DNA from: an uncultured Bacteroidota bacterium
GTDB lineage: Bacteria; Bacteroidota; Bacteroidia; Bacteroidales; P3
DNA length: 64,000 bases
Reading direction: 5' to 3'
NCBI GenBank assembly: GCA_902796265.1
Contig: CADBOG010000137.1
Coordinates: forward strand, 5,243 to 69,242
The translations under genes and the position numbers were made by a program. The notes under the pieces are model-generated. The model was not told the DNA's origin. It made no database searches and saw only the letters and a list, made by a program, of their open reading frames with translations. This document shows, in pieces, positions 57,913-64,000 of the stretch; positions within the stretch are counted from its first letter, which is position 1, and each line of letters opens with the position of its first letter.

Positions 57913-58440
57913 ATGAAAAGAATTATCTTAGTCCTTGCCGCATGCTGCCTGATATTTGGCGCTTGCGCTCAGAAAAAAAACGAATCCTCTAACACTCAAA
58001 ACACAGAACCCATGAGAAAGACCTTAGTGGCTTATTTTTCGGCTACCGGCACCACGAAGGCTGCTGCACAAAGCCTTGCAGAAGAGAAGAAAGCAGACCT
58101 CTTCGAGATTGCAGCTGCAGTGCCTTATACCGATGCCGACCTCGACTGGAGAGACAAAACTTCACGCTCGACCATTGAGATGCAGGACAAAACGTCGCGT
58201 CCCGACATTGCAGCCAAGTGCAACAACATCGCTGATTACGACACCGTGTGGATTGGATTCCCTATTTGGTGGTACACAGCTCCAACAATCATCAACACCT
58301 TCATCGAGGCTCACGACCTTGGCGGCAAAGTGATTAATGTCTTTGCAACCAGTGGCGGAAGCGATGTGGCAGGAGCTTATGACAACCTCAAGCAGGCTTA
58401 CCCGCAGTATAATTGGGGTGAGAAACGACTGATTAATTAA
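57913..58440 (+). CDS. Flavodoxin-like protein (Flavodoxin_4 type) with an N-terminal lipoprotein signal peptide
   Basis: The signal-plus-lipobox segment MKRIILVLAACCLIFGAC is followed by a Ser/Asn/Thr linker. The flavodoxin core has TLVAYFSATGTTKAAAQ (FMN phosphate loop) and GFPIWWYTAP. An internal alternative start M34 lies at 58012. Confidence 0.8.
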   Translation: MKRIILVLAACCLIFGACAQKKNESSNTQNTEPMRKTLVAYFSATGTTKAAAQSLAEEKKADLFEIAAAVPYTDADLDWRDKTSRSTIEMQDKTSRPDIAAKCNNIADYDTVWIGFPIWWYTAPTIINTFIEAHDLGGKVINVFATSGGSDVAGAYDNLKQAYPQYNWGEKRLIN

Positions 58441-58475
58441 TAGAATCATCAATCAAATACAACAGATATTAAGTA

Positions 58476-59168
58476 ATGTCGGAAGGATTGATTCTTGCGG
58501 CAGGGTTGGGCACACGTCTGCGTCCGCTGACCAATGACCGTCCTAAGGCGCTAGTAGAGATAGGAGGGAAGACCCTTTTGGAAATAGCCGTCGGGCGTTT
58601 GGCAGAAGCCGGCATAAAGCGTTGTGTGGTAAATGTCCACAGTTTTGGCGACATGTTAATTGACTATATCAGCAGTCGCCAATGGCCTTGTGAGGTGCTG
58701 ATAAGCGATGAGCGAAAGATGCTGCTTGATACAGGCGGCGCATTGAAGCATGCTGCACCACACATTACAGGCAACGAGCCTGTGTTGGTGCATAATGTAG
58801 ACATCCTTTCCGATATTGATTTCAAAGCCCTTGAACGCCACCATCTTGAGAACTGCAACCTTGTCACATTATGTGTGAGCCGCCGTGAGACAAAACGGAT
58901 GCTGCTGTTTGACAAAGATGGTCATCTTGTAGGAAGGGCAGGAGAGGCAGATGAAACAGGTTGTACAAAGATGGCGTTCAGCGGAGTATCGATGCTGAAC
59001 CCGAAACTGTTTCCACTTCTGCCTCCCGACGATCACCCATATCCAGTCATCGACGCCTATTTGGAGTTGGCAAAGAGCCATGCTATCGGATGCTTCGAGC
59101 ATTCGGCAGAGCGATGGCTGGATGTGGGTACGCCGGAGAAACTGAGCAAAGCTATTTGCGGACAATAA
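58476..59168 (+). CDS. murU: Sugar-1-phosphate nucleotidyltransferase, MurU-like (N-acetylmuramate alpha-1-phosphate uridylyltransferase family)
   Basis: LILAAGLGTRLRPLTNDRPKALVEIGGKTLLE, DTGGALK and WLDVGTPEKL. At 230 aa it is the short NTP_transferase type. The gene symbol is tentative. Confidence 0.7.
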   Translation: MSEGLILAAGLGTRLRPLTNDRPKALVEIGGKTLLEIAVGRLAEAGIKRCVVNVHSFGDMLIDYISSRQWPCEVLISDERKMLLDTGGALKHAAPHITGNEPVLVHNVDILSDIDFKALERHHLENCNLVTLCVSRRETKRMLLFDKDGHLVGRAGEADETGCTKMAFSGVSMLNPKLFPLLPPDDHPYPVIDAYLELAKSHAIGCFEHSAERWLDVGTPEKLSKAICGQ

Positions 59169-59904
59169 CGCTGCCGCTGCCCTGATGAGTGGCAAGGATA
59201 AGCACCTCGGCAACCTGCACATGCTCGGGGGCATTGGCGGCATAGACAGCTACATCGGCGATATCGTCACCAGTCAGAGGCTTAATGCCTTTGTAGACAT
59301 TGGCAGCACGCTCGGTGTCGCCATGGAAGCGAGTGTTGCTGAAATTGGTTTCCACAAGACCAGGTTTGAGGTTGGTGACGCGGATGGCAGTGCCAGCTAC
59401 ATCGAGGCGGAGTCCGTCAGTGATAGCCTTTACGGCAGCTTTGGTGGCGCAATAGACATTGCCGTTAGCATAGGCAGCGTCGCCAGCAACAGAGCCGACA
59501 TTGATGATGTGGCCACGGTCGCGTTTCACCATACCCGGCACCACTAGGCGAGTCATGGTAAGAAGACCCTTGATGTTGGTGTCTACCATAGTATCCCAGT
59601 CTTCGTAGCTGCCCTCGTATTCGGGTTCGAGACCCAAGGCGAGGCCAGCATTATTTACTAGCACGTCGATGTCTTTCCATTCGGCAGGGAGGTTCTCGAT
59701 GCACTTGGTGGCAGCTTCGCGGTCGCGGACATCGAAGAGGAGAGTAAGCACCTCAGTACCTTTGGATGTGAGTTCTTTACGAATATCCTCAAGGCGCTGG
59801 GCATTGCGGCCAGTAAGGATTAGACGGTCGCCATTGGCGGCGAATTTGCGGGCACATCCGAGTCCAATTCCACTCGTAGCGCCAGTTATAAGTACGGTTT
59901 TCAT
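59152..59904 (-). CDS. SDR-family NADP-dependent oxidoreductase (YdfG / serine 3-dehydrogenase-like)
   Basis: MKTVLITGATSGIGLGCARKF, NNAG and the catalytic YCATKAAV. Confidence 0.9.
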   Translation of the reverse strand: MKTVLITGATSGIGLGCARKFAANGDRLILTGRNAQRLEDIRKELTSKGTEVLTLLFDVRDREAATKCIENLPAEWKDIDVLVNNAGLALGLEPEYEGSYEDWDTMVDTNIKGLLTMTRLVVPGMVKRDRGHIINVGSVAGDAAYANGNVYCATKAAVKAITDGLRLDVAGTAIRVTNLKPGLVETNFSNTRFHGDTERAANVYKGIKPLTGDDIADVAVYAANAPEHVQVAEVLILATHQGSGSVIVRK

Positions 59905-59929
59905 TGTATAATATAAACGGTTTGAAGTT

Positions 59930-60046
59930 TGGATTATCAGTAATAAATATGAATATTAACAACGAAAATCATTTATTATTGTATAGGAAGCACAATAAAA
60001 TGCAATAAAGTGTGTTATAAGGATGAATTTTTAATCTGATAATCCA
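59930..60046. repeat. Perfect 11-bp inverted repeat (TGGATTATCAG ... CTGATAATCCA) bracketing 95 bp of the divergent SDR / kinase intergenic region
   Basis: The arms lie at 59930-59940 and 60036-60046 and are exact reverse complements, read directly from the sequence. Confidence 0.9.
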
Positions 60047-60053
60047 CATATCC

Positions 60054-61463
60054 GTGACTACTCTTTTTGAACAATGGGCAGGAGAACCCTGCATCAATAC
60101 TTATCAACTGACCGCAAATGGTTCCAACAGACTCTATTATCGCCTGGAAGGAGCCACAAAGAAATGTATAGCAGCCATCAACGACGATGTCCGCGAGAAC
60201 GAAGCTTTCTTCCATTTCGCCAAAGAGATGAAGGCACGCGGAATCAATGTTCCCGAGGTGTATGCCATCAGCGAAGACCGCCGCACATACCTTCAGCAAG
60301 ATTTGGGCAATGTGTCGCTCTACACCTATCTTGACTCTCGCAAAAGTAGCAATGTAGATGTTACAGAGCCCATGAGGCACTACTATATGAAGGCTATAGA
60401 TGAGCTGATAAAGATACAGAAGGTCTGTCGCGACATTGACTTCTCGAAAGCTTATCCTCGTCCCCGTTTCGACCGACAAGCGTTGCAGTGGGACCTCAAC
60501 TATTTCAAATACTACTTTCTGCGTCTTTTCCATATACCTTTTGATGAGGAGCTTTTGGAGCGTGACTATCAGGTTTTTATCGATTATCTGCTTGATGACG
60601 ACTGCGATTTCTTCATGTATCGCGATTTCCAGTCGCGCAACATCATGATAGTTGACGAAGAACTCTATTTCATCGATTTCCAAGGAGCACGAATGGGAGC
60701 AGCCGAATACGATTTGGCTTCGCTCTTATATAGCTCAAAGTCGGATGTACCCGATGATATGCGCAAAGAGCTGATTGAATACTATCTAAAGCGACGTGGA
60801 GAACAAGATGGAGAGGCATTTGATGCAGAAACTTTCAGGTCGAAATTCTATGGCTATCTTTTGGCACGTATGATGCAGGCGATGGGAGCCTACGGCTATC
60901 GAGGTGTAATCGAGAAAAAGGAGCATTTCGTGAAAAGCATACCTTATGCAGTCAACAATTTGCGCAAGGTGCTTGCCACAGTCAAACTCCCCGTAGAGTT
61001 GCCACATCTGACAAGTGTGTTGAAACATATAACAGAAATGCCAGAATACTCGAAGAACTCTGACATTCTTACTATTACAATATTCAGTTTCTCATACCGC
61101 AAGAGCATACCTTTCGACAAATCGGGCAATGGCGGAGGCTATGTTTTCGATTGTCGATCGCTCCCAAATCCAGGACTCTATGACGAGTACAAGCAGCTCA
61201 ACGGCCGAGACCAAGAAGTGAAAGATTTCTTTGCACAATATCCAGAAACAGATCGTTATTTAGGCAACATCTTTGCACTTGTAGACCAATCGGTAGACAG
61301 CTACCAGGAGCGAGGTTACACACGCCTGATGCTCAACTTTGGCTGCACGGGAGGTCGCCACCGCTCGGTGTACTGTGCTGAGCAGACAGCAGCCCATCTT
61401 CGTGAAAAATATGCTGGCACTTTAGTTGTGAACATCTTCCATCTGGAGCAGGCAAAGTTTTAA
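60054..61463 (+). CDS. Fusion protein: AmgK-like APH-fold anomeric amino-sugar kinase (aa 1-~335) plus RapZ/YvcJ C-terminal domain (aa ~338-469)
   Basis: N-terminal part: NGSNRLYYRL, YRDFQSRNIMIV (catalytic loop) and YFIDFQGARMGAAEYDLASLL. C-terminal part: YVFDCRSLPNPG, LNGRDQEVKDFF and LNFGCTGGRHRSVYCAEQ, which match RapZ-CTD hallmark motifs. It is a single ORF with a GTG start. Confidence 0.8.
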   Translation: MTTLFEQWAGEPCINTYQLTANGSNRLYYRLEGATKKCIAAINDDVRENEAFFHFAKEMKARGINVPEVYAISEDRRTYLQQDLGNVSLYTYLDSRKSSNVDVTEPMRHYYMKAIDELIKIQKVCRDIDFSKAYPRPRFDRQALQWDLNYFKYYFLRLFHIPFDEELLERDYQVFIDYLLDDDCDFFMYRDFQSRNIMIVDEELYFIDFQGARMGAAEYDLASLLYSSKSDVPDDMRKELIEYYLKRRGEQDGEAFDAETFRSKFYGYLLARMMQAMGAYGYRGVIEKKEHFVKSIPYAVNNLRKVLATVKLPVELPHLTSVLKHITEMPEYSKNSDILTITIFSFSYRKSIPFDKSGNGGGYVFDCRSLPNPGLYDEYKQLNGRDQEVKDFFAQYPETDRYLGNIFALVDQSVDSYQERGYTRLMLNFGCTGGRHRSVYCAEQTAAHLREKYAGTLVVNIFHLEQAKF

Positions 61464-61613
61464 AAAAAAGCATAGAAAAAAGAGTCTTTTATATAGGAAA
61501 AAGAGAACAGATAATAATTCTTCGTTGTTTTGTAACAATTTGTATATTATGATGTTTGCAAAAGAATGTTAAAAAAATAAAGATTGTGTTGGTATGTTTT
61601 GAATAATTATTCG

Positions 61614-61621
61614 TATATTTG
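61614..61621 (+). promoter_or_regulatory. Bacteroidetes -7 promoter box (TATATTTG) upstream of the 61663 gene
   Basis: Exact TAnnTTTG match, 41 nt upstream of the ATG at 61663. Confidence 0.5.
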
Positions 61622-61662
61622 CAAACTCAAATTCTGAAAAAAACATAAAAAATATAAACAAA

Positions 61663-62388
61663 ATGAGCAAAACTGGATCCATTATCCTCAAAAGCGTACT
61701 GGGATTACTGATTGTATTCCTGGCAATTATGATTTTTCTCTGTGTTAATCGCCCCCAACAGCGTGAGGCTGAGTATTTTACTCGTCGTGATGCTTGTGGC
61801 GAACGTCTCAAAGTCATCCGTACCCTCGAGGAGGCCCACAAGGCAGCCTATGGCACTTATTGTGGCAACTATGACACCCTTCTCTACAACCTCCATCAGC
61901 CGAAACAGCGTGTGATGAAGAGAGAGAAAGCTGAAAATGCTCCTGACTCAGTGTATGATATGCCCGAGATGGAAGCAATCCGCAAAGGTTGGATTGTCCA
62001 GAAAGAGGCTTACGTTGTTCCACTGGATAAGCTCCGCGAGGATCGCAAGCTTACTCTCACCGACGAGCAGTTGGCCGACATAATCTATGTGCCTTACACC
62101 CACAAGCAGACAAAATTCACTGTCAAGGCAGACTCAGTAGCTGCATCGCTTTCTGGCGCAGGCGACAAGCTCCCCACTTTTGAAGCATACGTCACTCTTG
62201 ATGAACTCTTCGCTGATTATACCAACTCGTCCGAGAGTGGAGCATTCCACAAATTCGTTGAAATCTTTACAGGTAGCGATGCCCAGTGGCTCATCAACAA
62301 GAAAGCCGAGCTCAAGGATATGAACCGATTCCTCGGCTGGAAGGTTGGCGATATCTCAGCTCCCGTCACCGAAGGCAACTTCGAATAA
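61663..62388 (+). CDS. Hypothetical protein with a single N-terminal TM helix
   Basis: 241-aa ORF with its own promoter box and TM segment ILKSVLGLLIVFLAIMIFLCV. I recognise no family. Confidence 0.65.
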   Translation: MSKTGSIILKSVLGLLIVFLAIMIFLCVNRPQQREAEYFTRRDACGERLKVIRTLEEAHKAAYGTYCGNYDTLLYNLHQPKQRVMKREKAENAPDSVYDMPEMEAIRKGWIVQKEAYVVPLDKLREDRKLTLTDEQLADIIYVPYTHKQTKFTVKADSVAASLSGAGDKLPTFEAYVTLDELFADYTNSSESGAFHKFVEIFTGSDAQWLINKKAELKDMNRFLGWKVGDISAPVTEGNFE

Positions 62389-62477
62389 GCCAAAAGTATA
62401 AGCTGTAAGTGGTAAGTAGCTGTCGCATAATGCGAAGCTTCTTACCACTTAACTTAAAACTATAAACTAGAAACAAA

Positions 62478-63305
62478 ATGTCATATAGAATCAACTCTTT
62501 TATCAAAACCGACAAAGCAGTTGCATCGTATGAAAATAGATTATCCATTTGCATCACGTCAAATGGATTTTCTTTTTCGGTTGTGTCGCGTAACGAGGAA
62601 GTAGTAGCCATAGGCGATGTAGAATGCGACATTACCGCTGCTATGGCACAATTGCTCAGTTCGGTCAAAGCAGCATTCACAGAGGTAGGAGTGCAGACAT
62701 TTGGCATGAAAGAGTGCGAGCTAATTGTTCCCACCCGCCAATTTGTATGGATACCGATGCATCTCTACGACGAGACAAAGAACCGTGAATATATAGAAGC
62801 CATTCACAAGCTTGCCGTAGGCGAGAGTGTATTTGCCGACTATAATGCCGCAGTAGGAGCCAATCTGGTTTTTGTAGCCGACAGCAACTTGGTGTCAGCA
62901 TTCCGCATAGCCATTCCTGGACTCAAGATACGAGCCCAGCATAGCAAGATGGTTAACAATGAGACACTTGAAGCCAGCCAGATGAAGTCGTTGATGATTG
63001 TCAACATACGAGGCAAAGAATGCGATTATGCCATTGTTGTCAACCGTAAGTTACAGCTAAGCAACACATTCTCGTGTGCCAATATCGACGAGATGCTCTA
63101 CTATGCAGTCAATATCAACAAGCAGCTGCGACTCGATGATTTGCCGTTGTGTGTGGCGCTATGTGGTGATGTTGACCGAGAGACGTTTGCACATGTAAAA
63201 GAGTTCTTCTCAGACGTTGTGCTTTACACGGGTCGCAACCTTCAGCTCTCGACAGAGGAGTTGCGTCGTGCACCCATCTATAGGTATGCCTTAATACTTT
63301 CATAA
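62478..63305 (+). CDS. DUF3822-like protein (conserved neighbour of rsmD in Bacteroidetes)
   Basis: 275-aa ORF immediately upstream of rsmD (3-nt gap). The family call comes from synteny and general sequence character only. Confidence 0.5.
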   Translation: MSYRINSFIKTDKAVASYENRLSICITSNGFSFSVVSRNEEVVAIGDVECDITAAMAQLLSSVKAAFTEVGVQTFGMKECELIVPTRQFVWIPMHLYDETKNREYIEAIHKLAVGESVFADYNAAVGANLVFVADSNLVSAFRIAIPGLKIRAQHSKMVNNETLEASQMKSLMIVNIRGKECDYAIVVNRKLQLSNTFSCANIDEMLYYAVNINKQLRLDDLPLCVALCGDVDRETFAHVKEFFSDVVLYTGRNLQLSTEELRRAPIYRYALILS

Positions 63306-63307
63306 TC

Positions 63308-63850
63308 ATGCGTATCATTGCCGGAAATCTGCGTGGTAGACGACTTAATCCGCCAGCCAACCTTCCCGTGAGACCCACGACAGATATGGCTCGCGAAAGT
63401 CTGTTCAACATCCTCAATAACTATGTAGATTATGAGGAATGTTCGGTGATGGACCTATTTGCAGGCACAGGAGCAGTAAGCATAGAGTTCATCTCTCGAG
63501 GCGTGCGTGAGGTTACAAGCATTGACATCAACAATGCCTGTACAGAGTTTATCAAATCCACAGCCCGTCAGCTGAACCTTGATAATATCCATGTCGTCCG
63601 AGCAGATGTGTTCGACCTTCTGAAACGTGCCAACCGCAAATTTGACATCATCTTTGCAGATCCACCATACGCGCTCCACGATTTGGCACAGTTGCCCGAC
63701 TTGGTTTTCGGGAGCGACGTGCTTAGAGAGGATGGCATCTTCATTCTTGAACATCCGAAGGAGTTCTCCTTTGAAGAGCATTCACATTTCTGGCAACACC
63801 GAGCATACGGCAAAGTCAATTTCACCTTTTTCGCAATGAAATGCGAATAG
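63308..63850 (+). CDS. rsmD: 16S rRNA (guanine(966)-N(2))-methyltransferase RsmD
   Basis: MRIIAGNLRGRRLNPPANLPVRPTTDMARESLFNIL, DLFAGTGAVSIEF and IIFADPPY. Confidence 0.93.
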   Translation: MRIIAGNLRGRRLNPPANLPVRPTTDMARESLFNILNNYVDYEECSVMDLFAGTGAVSIEFISRGVREVTSIDINNACTEFIKSTARQLNLDNIHVVRADVFDLLKRANRKFDIIFADPPYALHDLAQLPDLVFGSDVLREDGIFILEHPKEFSFEEHSHFWQHRAYGKVNFTFFAMKCE

Positions 63851-63920
63851 GAAAACAAATTAACTCTGCGCGGTCCATAGGACCTTGCACCCTTAAACTT
63901 GAAACAATAAACACAATACA

Positions 63921-64000
63921 ATGCAAGCAATAGTAAAAACCAATTTTAATTTCCCCAAACAGAAAAGCCTCTATGTGGGCAAAGTACGCGACGTATACAA
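63921..64000 (+). CDS. purC: Phosphoribosylaminoimidazole-succinocarboxamide synthase, N-terminal fragment (runs off the right edge)
   Basis: My own translation, MQAIVKTNFNFPKQKSLYVGKVRDVY..., resembles the N-terminus of the long-form Bacteroidetes PurC. Only 26 codons are visible. Confidence 0.6.
   Translation, partial: MQAIVKTNFNFPKQKSLYVGKVRDVY

Noticed and set aside
60015-60683. 222-aa minus-strand ORF overlapping the 5' half of the kinase-RapZ fusion gene
   Set aside because: The plus-strand frame carries clear APH catalytic motifs, while the antisense frame has none. I treat it as a shadow ORF.
1-64000. Search by eye for tRNA/rRNA/tmRNA/RNase P/SRP RNA, CRISPR arrays, integrases, transposases, toxin-antitoxin pairs or defence-system genes
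   Set aside because: I recognised none. All intergenic regions >150 bp (11018-11478, 14575-14741, 22577-22901, 30115-30305, 32715-32931, 35732-35979, 56324-56582, 57639-57912, 61464-61662) are AT-rich promoter-type DNA without cloverleaf or repeat-spacer structure. A covariance-model scan (Infernal/Rfam, tRNAscan-SE) would be needed to exclude small ncRNAs.

Overview
This is a 64 kb chromosomal segment that looks like a Bacteroidales genome, probably Prevotella/Segatella-like. That assignment is an inference from gene content (GldF/GldG, DUF5683, DUF3276, DUF1573, DUF3822 families) and from TAnnTTTG -7 promoter boxes, not from any search.

Layout:
- 1-11017 (minus strand): a surface-polysaccharide (EPS/capsule) operon. 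In transcription order it has a WecB/TagA-type GT, Wza, a Wzc BY-kinase, two tandem OmpA-like paralogs, three GT4 glycosyltransferases and a polymerase-like membrane protein that runs off the left edge.
- 11.4-22.6 kb: densely packed housekeeping genes (cvpA, dus, PAP2 phosphatase, obg, adk, two FKBP PPIases, DHH phosphoesterase, TPR protein, recG, coaD, an OM beta-barrel).
- 22.9-47.6 kb (plus strand): dnaB, an RND efflux triad, a deoxyhypusine-synthase-like gene, a UPF0597/CyuA-like gene, a PUR-alpha-like DUF3276 gene, parA-parB-DUF5683, valS, an M28 peptidase, a fused gldF-gldG plus DUF4340, surE, lpxB and a SpoIID-like gene.
- 47.6-57.6 kb (minus strand): a fused NfnA-NfnB-like oxidoreductase, coaE, a YbbR-like gene, yajC, DUF1573, nusB, leuS and a nucleoside-hydrolase-like lipoprotein.
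- 57.9-64 kb: a lipoprotein-signal flavodoxin, a MurU-like nucleotidyltransferase, an SDR, an AmgK-like kinase fused to a RapZ C-terminal domain, a hypothetical TM protein, DUF3822, rsmD and the start of purC.

I recognised no rRNA, tRNA, CRISPR array, integrase, transposase or prophage. Apart from the polysaccharide locus, the window is core genome rather than an accessory island.

I see no clear-cut novel multi-gene system. The most unusual item is the APH/AmgK-fold kinase::RapZ-CTD fusion near murU (60054-61463). Other items worth a second look are the (YG)12 tail of Wzc, the OmpA-like pair inside the EPS operon, the GldF-GldG fusion without an ATPase, the NfnAB fusion, an apparently exported flavodoxin, and several structured intergenic repeats.

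The ORF track uses GTG/TTG alternative starts, so I moved several starts to the nearest plausible ATG.
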